Of a stretch of DNA of 64,000 nucleotides, positions 43,296-52,513 are shown piece after piece. Made by a program: the position numbers and the translations under genes. Source of the DNA: an uncultured Gemmatimonadaceae bacterium. GTDB taxonomy: Bacteria > Gemmatimonadota > Gemmatimonadetes > Gemmatimonadales > GWC2-71-9. The notes beneath the pieces are model-generated. The model worked only from the letters and a program-made list of their open reading frames with translations, ran no database searches and had not been told where the DNA came from. How positions within the stretch are numbered: position 1 is the stretch's first letter; the number at the start of each line of letters is the position of its first letter. The stretch lies in assembly GCA_964585655.1 (NCBI GenBank), contig CAZPER010000012.1, forward strand, positions 1,019-65,018, in the 5' to 3' direction.

Positions 43296-46200
43296 ATGGG
43301 CTTCGCCGGACGCCTGGCCCAGCGGTTCCTCCACTCCCGGCTGACGCCGCTGCTCATCATCGCGTCGCTGGCGGTGGGCGCGATCGCGATCGTGGGGACG
43401 CCGCGGGAGGAAGAGCCGCAGATCTCGGTGCCGATGATCGACGTCATCGCGGCGCTGCCGGGGGCGAGTCCCGCCGAAGTGGAGAACCTGCTCACCCGTC
43501 CCCTGGAACAGCGGATGTGGGAGATCCCTGCGGTGGACCATGTCTACTCCATGGCCGGCGAGGGCTTCACCCTGGTGACGGTCCGCTTCAAGGTCGGGGA
43601 GGACCAGGAGCGGAGCATCACCCGGGTGCATGCCAAGCTGTTCGCGGACATGGACCGGATGCCGGCCGGCGCGCTCCCGCCGCTGGTCAAGCCGCACTCC
43701 ATCGACGACGTCCCGATCCTGACCCTGACACTGTCCTCGGGACGCTACTCCTCGAACGAGCTGCGCCAGCTCGCGGTGCACCTCGAGGACGAGATCCGCA
43801 CCGTGACGGACGTGGCGGCCACCACGGTGACCGGCGGCGCGCCCCGCCAGGTGCGAGTGGATCTCGACCCGGCGCGGCTCACCGCCGCCGGCGTCACCCC
43901 GGGTGAGGTGGCGCAGGCGCTCAAGGGCGCCAACGCCCGGCTGGACGCGGGAGAGATGCAGAGCGCCGGCGCCAGTTACCGGGTGCAGGTGGGGGCGCCG
44001 CTCGCCACGGCAGCGGAGGTGGCCGCGGTGGTGGTGAGCGCGCGGCGCGGCGTGCCGGTCTACCTGCGGAACGTGGCCACGGTGCGGGAGGACTTCGGCG
44101 AGCGGGAGAGCTACGTCAGCCATGGCGCGGGGGATTCCGGCGCCGCGGCGGCGGTCACCATCAGCGTGGCCAAGCGGAAGGGCGCCAACGCCACCGTCGT
44201 GGCGCACCGGGTGCTGGAACGGGTGGAACAGGCCCGGGCACGGCTGCTGCCGGCGGAGGTCTCGGTCACCGAGACCCGGAACTACGGCGAGACCGCGCGG
44301 GAGAAGGCCAGCGAGCTGATCCTGCACCTCGTGATCGCGACGCTCTCGGTGGCGGTGCTGATCTGGCTCTTCCTCGGCTGGCGCGAGGCGGTGGTGGTGC
44401 TGGTGGCGGTTCCGGTGACGCTGGCCCTGACCCTGTTCAGCTACTACGCCCTGGGGTACACCCTCAACCGCATCACCCTGTTCGCGCTGATCTTCTCGAT
44501 CGGCATCCTGGTGGACGACGCGATCGTGGTGGTCGAGAACATCTACCGCCACATGCAGCTCGGGCTCAAGCCGCCGGCCGAGGCCGCAGTGGAGGGGGTG
44601 GACGAGGTCGGCAACCCGACCATCCTGGCCACCTTCACCGTCATCGCCGCCATTCTGCCGATGGCGTTTGTGAGCGGCCTGATGGGCCCCTACATGCGGC
44701 CGATCCCGGTGGGCGCCAGCGTCGCGATGCTGGCGAGCCTGGCGGTGGCGTTCATCGTCACGCCATACATCGCGCTCCGGCTGCTGCGGGGACATGTGAA
44801 GGCTCTGGATCACCAGCCCGCTGGCCCGGCGCACCAGCCTGAGGAGGAGGGCCGCTTCGCCCGGTTCTACCGGCCGATGATGCAGGGGTTGATGGCGCGC
44901 GCCGGCACCCGGCGGATGTTCTACGGGGTGGTCGTCCTGCTGCTCTTCGCGTCCATGGGCCTGGTCGCCCTGAAGCTGGTGCAGGTCAAGATGCTCCCCT
45001 TCGACAACAAGTCGGAGTTCCAGGTGATCCTGGACCTCCCCGAAGGCACCACGCTCGAGACCAGCGCCGCGCTCGGCGCCGAGGTCGCCGGCTACCTGCG
45101 GACCATCCCCGAGGTGCGGCACACCCAGGTGTACGCCGGCGCCGCCGCTCCCTTCAACTTCAACGGCCTGGTGCGGCACTACTTCCTGCGCCAGGGCAGC
45201 GCGGTCGCCGACGTGCAGGTGAACCTGGTGCCCGGGGATGACCGGGACCGGCAGAGCCACGCCATCGCGGTCGCCGTGCGGCCGGCGGTGGATTCGATCG
45301 CGCGGCGCTACGGGGCCAGCGCCAAGATCGCCGAGATCCCGCCGGGGCCGCCGGTGCTCGCCACCCTGGTGGCGGAGATCTACGCCGGCAGCGACAGCGC
45401 CCGGCTGGAGGCGGCGCGGCGGGTGAAGCAGGTCTTCGAGCAGACGCCCGGCGTGGTGGATGTGGACTGGACGGTGGAGGCGCCGGAGGGGCGGCTCCGC
45501 TTCCGGGTGGACCGGGCCCGCGCAGCGCAGGCGGGCGCGAGCGTGGAGCAGATCGTCCAGACGGTCTACCTGGCGCAGGCGGGGGCGCCGGCCGGACTGG
45601 CGGCGAGCGCCACGGCCCGGGAACCAGTGGCGATCGTGCCCCGGCTGCCGCTCGAGCGCCGGAGCTCGGTGGGGGCGCTGCTCGCGGTGCCGGTGCCCAC
45701 GGTCACCGGGCCGCAGCCGCTGGGGCGGTTCGTGACGGTGGACTCGGGGGTCCGGGAGCAGAGCCGGCACCGTCGCGACCTGCGGCCGGTGATCTACGTG
45801 ACCGGGGACGTCGCCGGGAGCATCGAGAGCCCGGTGTACGCCATCCTCGCCATGAATGCCGCCCTCGACACGGTGCGGGTGCATGGGTCGGCGATCCAGC
45901 GCTACAACGCGGTGCAGCCGGAGCGCCTCGACGAGGTGGCGCTCAAGTGGGACGGCGAGTGGCACATCACCATCGAGGTCTTCCGCGACCTGGGCCTCGC
46001 CTTCGCCGCGGTGCTGGTGCTGATCTACGTGCTGGTGGTCTGGTGGTTCGAGTCGTTCGCGATTCCGCTGGTCATCATGGCCCCCATCCCGCTCACCCTG
46101 GTGGGGATCCTGCCGGGACACGCGCTGACCGGCGCCTTCTTCACCGCCACCAGCATGATCGGCATGATCGCGCTGGCGGGCATCATCGTGCGGAACTCGA

Positions 46201-46478
46201 TCCTGCTGGTGGACTTCATCCAGATCTCCGAGCGGCGCGGGGTGCCGCTGGCGGAGGCGGTGATCGAGGCGGGGGCGGTACGCTTCCGGCCCATCGCGCT
46301 GACCGCGGCGGCGGTGGTCGTGGGCGGGCTGGTGATGGTGCTGGACCCGATCTTCCAGGGGCTCGCAGTGGCGCTGATCAGCGGGGCCATCGTGGCGACC
46401 CTGCTCACGATGGTGGTGGTGCCGTTGCTGTACTGGGAGCTGCAGCGGCGGACGCAGCCCGGTTCCCCACGGCCTTGA
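43296..46478 (+). CDS. efflux RND transporter permease
   Basis: ATG at 43296, 1 nt after the adaptor stop. 12-TM RND architecture. Subfamily not assigned. Confidence 0.9.
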   Translation: MGFAGRLAQRFLHSRLTPLLIIASLAVGAIAIVGTPREEEPQISVPMIDVIAALPGASPAEVENLLTRPLEQRMWEIPAVDHVYSMAGEGFTLVTVRFKVGEDQERSITRVHAKLFADMDRMPAGALPPLVKPHSIDDVPILTLTLSSGRYSSNELRQLAVHLEDEIRTVTDVAATTVTGGAPRQVRVDLDPARLTAAGVTPGEVAQALKGANARLDAGEMQSAGASYRVQVGAPLATAAEVAAVVVSARRGVPVYLRNVATVREDFGERESYVSHGAGDSGAAAAVTISVAKRKGANATVVAHRVLERVEQARARLLPAEVSVTETRNYGETAREKASELILHLVIATLSVAVLIWLFLGWREAVVVLVAVPVTLALTLFSYYALGYTLNRITLFALIFSIGILVDDAIVVVENIYRHMQLGLKPPAEAAVEGVDEVGNPTILATFTVIAAILPMAFVSGLMGPYMRPIPVGASVAMLASLAVAFIVTPYIALRLLRGHVKALDHQPAGPAHQPEEEGRFARFYRPMMQGLMARAGTRRMFYGVVVLLLFASMGLVALKLVQVKMLPFDNKSEFQVILDLPEGTTLETSAALGAEVAGYLRTIPEVRHTQVYAGAAAPFNFNGLVRHYFLRQGSAVADVQVNLVPGDDRDRQSHAIAVAVRPAVDSIARRYGASAKIAEIPPGPPVLATLVAEIYAGSDSARLEAARRVKQVFEQTPGVVDVDWTVEAPEGRLRFRVDRARAAQAGASVEQIVQTVYLAQAGAPAGLAASATAREPVAIVPRLPLERRSSVGALLAVPVPTVTGPQPLGRFVTVDSGVREQSRHRRDLRPVIYVTGDVAGSIESPVYAILAMNAALDTVRVHGSAIQRYNAVQPERLDEVALKWDGEWHITIEVFRDLGLAFAAVLVLIYVLVVWWFESFAIPLVIMAPIPLTLVGILPGHALTGAFFTATSMIGMIALAGIIVRNSILLVDFIQISERRGVPLAEAVIEAGAVRFRPIALTAAAVVVGGLVMVLDPIFQGLAVALISGAIVATLLTMVVVPLLYWELQRRTQPGSPRP

Positions 46479-46496
46479 GATACAAGGAGCAGAACC

Positions 46497-46715
46497 ATGT
46501 GCAACGAACTCGTCATCCGCCGCTTCGCCGGCTCCTTCATCCTGCTGTCGCTCGCGCTGGGGCACTGGGTGAATCCCTACTGGTTCCTCTTCACCGCCTT
46601 CGTGGGGGTGAACCTGATCCAGTCGAGCCTCACCGGGTTCTGCCCCCTGGAGCGGATCCTGGGCCGCTTCGGGCTGTTCGGCTGCCGGCCCCATGCCGGG
46701 GGCAAGGGGGGCTGA
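46497..46715 (+). CDS. DUF2892 (YgaP-like) small membrane protein
   Basis: 72 aa with the characteristic RFAGSFILLSL...NLIQSSLTGFCPLE pattern. Confidence 0.7.
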   Translation: MCNELVIRRFAGSFILLSLALGHWVNPYWFLFTAFVGVNLIQSSLTGFCPLERILGRFGLFGCRPHAGGKGG

Positions 46716-46724
46716 CCCCCGGCG

Positions 46725-47285
46725 CTACGGCTTCGGCACGAGCACCGCGTCCAGGATGATGACCATCCCGTTGCTGGCCGGCGCGGCGCCGAGGACCTTG
46801 GCGCCATCCACAAAGATGTCGTTCCCCTGCCGGGTCACCTTGGTGGGGCCGCCATCCAGCATCGAAAGCTGGAGACCGTCGGTGAGGTCCGCGAGCTGGT
46901 AGGCGGAAAGCATGACGTGGTGGCGCAGGATGGTCCGGAGCTGGACCAGGCTCTCCGGCTTGAGGAGCGTCTCCACGGTTCCGGCCGGCAGCTTGTCGAA
47001 GGCGCCGTTGGTCGGCGCGAATACCGTCAGCGGCCCGGGCGTGGCGAGGGCGTCGACCAGGTTGGCCGCCTTGAGCGCCGCGACCAGCGTGGTGTGGTCC
47101 TTGGAGCCCACGGCGATCCCCACGATCGAGCCCGGATCGGCGATGGCGGCCTGGCCGGCATCGGTGGCCCCGGCAGCAGCAGCGATCACCGGCGTCCCCT
47201 CCTTCGCCTTGCAGGCCAGTGCGGGGATCAGCAGCAGCAGGGCGAGCGCCAGGAATCCACGGGTGCGCATAAAGGAATACCTCAT
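46725..47285 (-). CDS. fasciclin (FAS1) domain lipoprotein
   Basis: Lipobox-like ALAC. FAS1 motifs TLVAALKAANL and TVFAPTNGAF. Confidence 0.85.
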   Translation of the reverse strand: MRYSFMRTRGFLALALLLLIPALACKAKEGTPVIAAAAGATDAGQAAIADPGSIVGIAVGSKDHTTLVAALKAANLVDALATPGPLTVFAPTNGAFDKLPAGTVETLLKPESLVQLRTILRHHVMLSAYQLADLTDGLQLSMLDGGPTKVTRQGNDIFVDGAKVLGAAPASNGMVIILDAVLVPKP

Positions 47286-47516
47286 ACAGGGGTGAGATAT
47301 AGCGACGGGAGGACCCTAGGGCCGGGAGGCTGAAGCGGAGATGAACCCGGGGTGAGAGATCGCTTCGGGAGCCGGCCGGCGGGGGACCCGGCCTCCACTG
47401 GCACGGGGCGGGAAGCCGGGGAAGGGGCGGGTGCCAGGTGTGACCTGGGTCACCTCTTAACGCCCGCTGGCGCGTTACGTCTCTCCCCGTGAAGACTGGC
47501 CGCGACTCGACAACCC

Positions 47517-48443
47517 ATGAAGGAGTGCCCCATGAAGTCTTTCCGTTCCCCCCTGGCCGCCGCCCTGTTCGCGGCGCTGGCGCTCGGACTCGGCGCCTGT
47601 TCCGATAGCAGCGATCCTTCCGGCGGTTCCGCCAACACCCTGTCGCAGGTGCAGGCCAACGACATGAGTTCCGACATCGCCCAGGACCTGGATGAACTCG
47701 CGGAGCTTTCGACGTTCGATGCCTCGAATGGCGTCCCCCTGTCGGCCCAGGCCGCGATCCATGGCGCGCCGCCGGCTCCGTGCGTGACCATTACCCCGAC
47801 GCCCGTAGTGAACAGCGATGGCGACGCGGTGCCGGACTCGGCCCGCTTCACCTTTGACGCCTGCGTCTTCACCCGTGGCAATGGCGCCATGACCGACTCG
47901 CTCGGCGGCACCATCGATTTCATCGACCCGCTGCCGCTGGCCGCGAGCATCGGTGTCCGGCACATCTTCACCAACTTCACCCGGGCCCGGATCAACACCG
48001 TCATGCCGGCGCGGAGCTTCATGGCGGTGCACAACGGCACCCGCGAGTGGGGCGGCAACGCCGACACGCTGGGCCACACGATCACGGGCTTCGAAACCGC
48101 CTGGACCCATCCGAGCGGCCGCACCACCACCAATGAGAAGAACTGGGTCGCCAAGTTCACGGCGACGACGCCGGGGACCATCTCGCTGCTCACCCCGCTC
48201 CCGGCCGGCAGCATCACGGTGAACGGCACCGGTAACTGGACCACGGCAAACCGGACCTGGGCGGTCGCGGTCACCACCGTGACCCCGCTGGCCTACGATC
48301 CGGCCTGCAATGCCGCACCGCGGTTCACCGCCGGCGAGATTACCCTGGTAGTGTCGCGGAACGGCGAGGTGACCAACGTGGACATCGTATTCACGGCGTG
48401 CGGGCAATACACCGTGACGCGGACGCCGGGCGTGGCGGTCTGA
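47517..48443 (+). CDS. hypothetical lipoprotein
   Basis: Lipobox LGLGAC. An alternative ATG at 47532 is possible. No domain recognised. Confidence 0.5.
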   Translation: MKECPMKSFRSPLAAALFAALALGLGACSDSSDPSGGSANTLSQVQANDMSSDIAQDLDELAELSTFDASNGVPLSAQAAIHGAPPAPCVTITPTPVVNSDGDAVPDSARFTFDACVFTRGNGAMTDSLGGTIDFIDPLPLAASIGVRHIFTNFTRARINTVMPARSFMAVHNGTREWGGNADTLGHTITGFETAWTHPSGRTTTNEKNWVAKFTATTPGTISLLTPLPAGSITVNGTGNWTTANRTWAVAVTTVTPLAYDPACNAAPRFTAGEITLVVSRNGEVTNVDIVFTACGQYTVTRTPGVAV

Positions 48444-48505
48444 CGGTAGGGCGGTAGGGGAGGTAAGGCGGTAGGGCGGTAGGGAGAACTCCCCCTACCG
48501 CCCTG
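48444..48505. repeat. GGCGGTAG-family array with short inverted arm
   Basis: CGGTAGGGCGGTAGGGGAGGTAAGGCGGTAGGGCGGTAGGG ... CCCCCTACCGCCCTG. It lies between convergent genes. Confidence 0.85.
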
Positions 48506-48510
48506 TCGTT

Positions 48511-48942
48511 TCAGGGGGTGGTCATCTCCCAGAGCACATTCACGATCCTCCACTCGCCGTTCCACCGCCCCAGGTGCATGTAGTCCACCCAGTCGGACAT
48601 CGTCAGCTTCACGCTGGCGGCTCCATTGGTGATGCTCAGGATCTCCACCGTCTTGAGCTGGCGGGCCGGAGGGGTCTCCTTGCCGTAGCCCTTGCCAGCG
48701 GCACCGACGAGCTGTGCCGCCGTCATGGAACCGAGCCGGCTCTTGCCGGTGCTGTCGGTGCGGACGATGCGCTTGGCCAGGTCGGGGTGCACCGCCCGAG
48801 CCATCCGGGTGGAGTCGCCGGTGTACCACCCCTCGGCGTAGTCGAGCGCGGCGGCGCGGATGGCGGTGGAGTCGGCACGGGTCTGGGCCGCAAGCGGTGA
48901 GGCCGCGAGGGCTAGCAGGGCGACGGTGACCGGGAGTCGCAT
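48511..48942 (-). CDS. NTF2-like (SnoaL / lumazine-binding-like) family protein, secreted
   Basis: Signal peptide plus the AALDYAEGWYTGD...WRIVNVLWE pattern typical of NTF2-fold proteins. Confidence 0.6.
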   Translation of the reverse strand: MRLPVTVALLALAASPLAAQTRADSTAIRAAALDYAEGWYTGDSTRMARAVHPDLAKRIVRTDSTGKSRLGSMTAAQLVGAAGKGYGKETPPARQLKTVEILSITNGAASVKLTMSDWVDYMHLGRWNGEWRIVNVLWEMTTP

Positions 48943-49032
48943 GAGGGGCTCGCTGGGAGAGGGATTCGTGCCGGACGGGCGCCCCGGCGGGCCAGTTTCA
49001 GGCGTGGCCCCGCGGGGCGCACCACAGGTTTG

Positions 49033-49064
49033 TACCGCCTTACCGCCTTACCGTCCTACCGCCG
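49033..49064 (-). repeat. GGCGGTAG-family array (4 units, C-rich on the plus strand) overlapping a gene 3' end
   Basis: TACCGCCT TACCGCCT TACCGTCC TACCGCCG. The NDH-2-CNB gene ends inside it. Confidence 0.8.
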
Positions 49065-50664
49065 TGCCGTCCTCGCCCGGCTTCCGCGTGATCGCCTCAC
49101 CGAAGGGCCGGATGGTCTCGCTCAGGGTGCGGGCCTCCTGGCCTCCCACCGCGACCACCTCCACCCGGGTGAGCGCCCGCACCGTGGCGGTGCGGCGGGT
49201 GTTCTGGAACACCGCCATCTCGCCGAAGTGCTGCCCGGCGCCGAGCCGGGCGAGCACCTCGGGGCCGGCGGGTCCCTCGCGGGTGACTTCGACCTCCCCC
49301 TGCCAGATGAGATAGAGCTTCTGCCCCAACTCCCCTTCCCGGACGATCGGCTGGCCCGCCTCGTAGTGTTCCCGGCGCAACCCGAAGGGCTCCCGCACCC
49401 GCACCTCGACGATATCCCGCCCGAGGATCGGAGTGAGGATCCAGTCAAAGAGAATGCGGATCTGCCGTTCGAAGGTGGGGACGAAGTACATGAAGATGGA
49501 GCGCCAGACGATCCACGCCGGGATCCCCGTCAGCTCGATGCCCCACAGCTGGGCGATGGCGCGCCGTCGGCCCAGCCCGCAGGCATCGCCCAGGCCGGTG
49601 AACCGGAACCGCTTCGGCTCCTGGCCCCGGATGCTGCGCAGGATGTTGCGGCCCACCTGGCGACCGGTCATCATCGCGAAGATCGCGAGGGTGGGGCAGG
49701 TGCCACCCTTGGGGTGCGGCACCGCCGCGCAGTCGCCGGCGGCCCAGGTGTTCTCCGCCCCGGGCACGCGGGTGAACTCGTCGGTGACGAGCCGCCCCCG
49801 GTCGTCCCGCTCGTACGGCAGCTGGTTGAGGAGGGGTGAGAGCGCGATGCCGGCCGAGCTGATGATCGTGCGGGTGGCGATCCGCTCGCCGTTGGAGAGC
49901 ACCGCCTCCTCCGGCGTGGCGGCGCTGAGCCGCACCCCCGTCCGCAGGTCCAGCCCGCGGGAGCGGAGGTAGCGCTCGGCGTAGTCCACCAGCTTCGGGT
50001 GTTCCTTCACCAGCTCCGGGAGGATCCGGTCCCCGCTGTGGGCCACGATGACCCGCGACTCGGCCGGGTTGATGCGGGGATACTCCTTCCGCGCCAGGAT
50101 CCGGACGTAGTCCTCCAGCTCCGCCGCTACCTCGATCCCGCCGTAGTTCCCGCCCACGATCACGAAGGTCAGCAGCCGCTGCCGCTCCGCGGGATCGGTC
50201 TCGATCTCCGCCAGCTCCAGCATGGAGAGAATGTGGTTCCGGACCTTGAAGCAGTCCCAGTAGGTCTTGAGCTTGAGCGCGTGCTCCGCCAGGCCGGGAT
50301 AGCGCGACAGGTCGTCAATCGAGCCGAGGGTCACGACCAGGTGGTCGTAGGGGAGCTCGTAGCGCTTGCCGTCCAGGTGGCGGGCGGTGACGATGACCTT
50401 GCGCTCCAGGTCGATCTGCTCGATCTCGGCGTTGTGGAACCGGGCGGGGGGAAACATCCGGCGGGCGGGGCTGGTGATCTGCCCCGGCTGGATCCGGCCG
50501 GTGAGCATCTCCGCGATGAAGCCGTGGAAGGTGTGGAAGTTGTCGCGCCCGATGACGCTGACGTCCACCTCGCCGCGGCGGATGGCGCCGCGGAGGGCGC
50601 GCACGCAGTAGAAGCTGGACCAGCCGCCGCCGAGACAGACCACCCTGGGCACGGTTCGCGTCAT
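49048..50664 (-). CDS. type II NADH dehydrogenase-like FAD/NAD(P) oxidoreductase with C-terminal cyclic-nucleotide-binding domain
   Basis: Two dinucleotide folds (VVCLGGGWSS, FVIVGGNYGGIE). The C-terminal CNB beta-roll has a phosphate-binding cassette (FGEMAVFQNTRRTATVRA). Confidence 0.85.
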   Translation of the reverse strand: MTRTVPRVVCLGGGWSSFYCVRALRGAIRRGEVDVSVIGRDNFHTFHGFIAEMLTGRIQPGQITSPARRMFPPARFHNAEIEQIDLERKVIVTARHLDGKRYELPYDHLVVTLGSIDDLSRYPGLAEHALKLKTYWDCFKVRNHILSMLELAEIETDPAERQRLLTFVIVGGNYGGIEVAAELEDYVRILARKEYPRINPAESRVIVAHSGDRILPELVKEHPKLVDYAERYLRSRGLDLRTGVRLSAATPEEAVLSNGERIATRTIISSAGIALSPLLNQLPYERDDRGRLVTDEFTRVPGAENTWAAGDCAAVPHPKGGTCPTLAIFAMMTGRQVGRNILRSIRGQEPKRFRFTGLGDACGLGRRRAIAQLWGIELTGIPAWIVWRSIFMYFVPTFERQIRILFDWILTPILGRDIVEVRVREPFGLRREHYEAGQPIVREGELGQKLYLIWQGEVEVTREGPAGPEVLARLGAGQHFGEMAVFQNTRRTATVRALTRVEVVAVGGQEARTLSETIRPFGEAITRKPGEDGTAVGR

Positions 50665-50665
50665 G

Positions 50666-52513
50666 TCACACCTTGATCATGGTGCTGCGGCGCCCGGGAC
50701 GGCGGGGGGCGTTCCGCGCCGCCCACCAGGGGCCCAGGGACTCCAGCGCCGCGCGGTACCCGAGGGCGACGATTTCGTCCACCCGCTCGAACTCGAAGAT
50801 GCCGATGCTCTCCACCGGCGGATGCACGTAGAGGTCCGCCGTTTCCTTTACCCGCCGGGTCTCCTGGGTGCTGCCGAGCACCGCCACCCGGGAGAGGGTC
50901 TCGAACAGGGTGGGGTAGGTGGGGGCGCGGCCGCGGCGGAAGAACCGGTCCCGCATCACCTGCCAGGTGCTGGGGGTGTCCGGATAGCCGGAGCGGGCCT
51001 CCTCCGACGGGGACACGTCGGAGGCGAGGATCGCGCCCTGCGCGCCCCGCGTGAGGAGCGCCGCCGGCAGGTTGTTGACCACGCCGCCATCCACCAGCAG
51101 CGCGCCGTCGGCGGCGACGATCGGCGGCGCCACCCCGGGGATCGCCATGCTCGCGAGGCACCCCTCCGCCACCGGGCCGCTCCGGTGCACCCGCATGGCG
51201 GAGTGGGTGAGGCTGGCGCTGACAGCGAAGGCCTCGAGCCAGCAGTCGGCGAAGTCGAGATCGCCGAACATGTGGCGCAGCATGCCGGCGGCGGCGCGGT
51301 GGGTCACCAGGGAGATGAAGGGCAGGGTGTACGCCTTGTGCGGCTTGTAGCCGTTCCAGCCGTGGCGATTGAGTTCCACCATGTCCGGCAGCGGCATCCC
51401 GGCGGCGTACTGGGCGGCGACGACCGAGCCGGCGCTGGTGCCGCCGATCTCGTCCACCGGGATCCCCAGTTCCTCCATGGCGCGCAGGAAGCCCAGGTGC
51501 GCCATGCCGCGCGCCCCACCGCCGCTCAACGCCACCCCGATGCCCCGCCCGGTCACCCGCCGCGCCAGCCGCGCGAAGTCGGCGAGATCCCCGAGCCGCA
51601 CATGATGGCGCCGCTGGTAGGTCCGTCCAGCGAGCCAGCGGGTAGTGCCGGCGGGGCGCGTCACTCCCGTGCCGTGAACGAGGACGAGGTCCACCGCGGT
51701 CCAGCGTTCGCCCACCGGGGCCGCCTCGGCGGGATCGGGGGCGGTATCGCCGTGCACCACATCGAGGATCAGGTCCGCCTGGCGCAGGCAGCGCTCCGTC
51801 CAGGCGTTGGCGTCGGCGTCGGCGAGATAGATCACCTCGGCGTGGTCCGCCTCCAGCCGGTCGAGCCACTGGATCGTGGCGGCGTGGCGCGGATCGCCGT
51901 GGGGCGCGAGCGCGGCGCCCGCGCCAAGGGCGGCGTCCACCGTCACGCTGGAGACCAGGATGGCGTCGCCATAGCCGGTCAGGGCGGCGAGGAGCGCCTC
52001 GGCGACCGCGCGGGCGGGTGCGTCCCACCCGCGCGGGCGCACCGCGATCGTGCCCACCCCCGCGCCGCCCTCGGGAATGGCGGCCGGCGCGGCGAGCTGC
52101 CCAGCCAGCATCCGGGTGATCTCGAGCGCGAGCGGCGGATGCGCGGCGAGCAGCGCCTCGAACCGGTCCCGCGGCATCCGGCCGAGCTCGGAATCGCGGA
52201 CGGCGCGGATGGCGGCGGAGCGGGGCGCGCCGGTGAGCAGGGAGAGCTCGCCCACGAGTTCTCCACGGCCCACCTCGCGGATCATCTCGGTGCGGGCGCC
52301 GCGGGTCCGCTCGATGCGGAGCCGCCCGCCAAGCACCAGGTAGGCGGCGTCCCCCGCGTCTCCCTGGGCGAAGAGCCGCTCCCCGCCGGAGATGCGGATG
52401 ATGTCGAGCGCCGCCACCAGGGCGTCGAGGGTGGCGTCGTCCAGGCCCCCGAAGAGGGCCGTGGCCGCGAGCCGGCCCCGGACCTGGAGGGTGTCGGAGC
52501 GCCGTTCAGGCAT
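50666..52513 (-). CDS. cyclic-nucleotide-binding domain / patatin-like phospholipase fusion (NTE-like)
   Basis: N-terminal CNB (GELSLLTGAPRSAAIRA). Patatin oxyanion GGGARG, nucleophile GTSAG and catalytic Asp in VDGG. Confidence 0.85.
   Translation of the reverse strand: MPERRSDTLQVRGRLAATALFGGLDDATLDALVAALDIIRISGGERLFAQGDAGDAAYLVLGGRLRIERTRGARTEMIREVGRGELVGELSLLTGAPRSAAIRAVRDSELGRMPRDRFEALLAAHPPLALEITRMLAGQLAAPAAIPEGGAGVGTIAVRPRGWDAPARAVAEALLAALTGYGDAILVSSVTVDAALGAGAALAPHGDPRHAATIQWLDRLEADHAEVIYLADADANAWTERCLRQADLILDVVHGDTAPDPAEAAPVGERWTAVDLVLVHGTGVTRPAGTTRWLAGRTYQRRHHVRLGDLADFARLARRVTGRGIGVALSGGGARGMAHLGFLRAMEELGIPVDEIGGTSAGSVVAAQYAAGMPLPDMVELNRHGWNGYKPHKAYTLPFISLVTHRAAAGMLRHMFGDLDFADCWLEAFAVSASLTHSAMRVHRSGPVAEGCLASMAIPGVAPPIVAADGALLVDGGVVNNLPAALLTRGAQGAILASDVSPSEEARSGYPDTPSTWQVMRDRFFRRGRAPTYPTLFETLSRVAVLGSTQETRRVKETADLYVHPPVESIGIFEFERVDEIVALGYRAALESLGPWWAARNAPRRPGRRSTMIKV

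Noticed and set aside
50666-52513. The CNB-patatin protein could be a CBASS or Pycsar effector, making this a bona fide defence system.
   Set aside because: No CD-NTase, PycC-type cyclase or other sensor gene is adjacent or anywhere in the window. CNB-patatin (NTE-like) fusions also occur as stand-alone housekeeping-type genes. The idea is kept only as a hypothesis in the findings.
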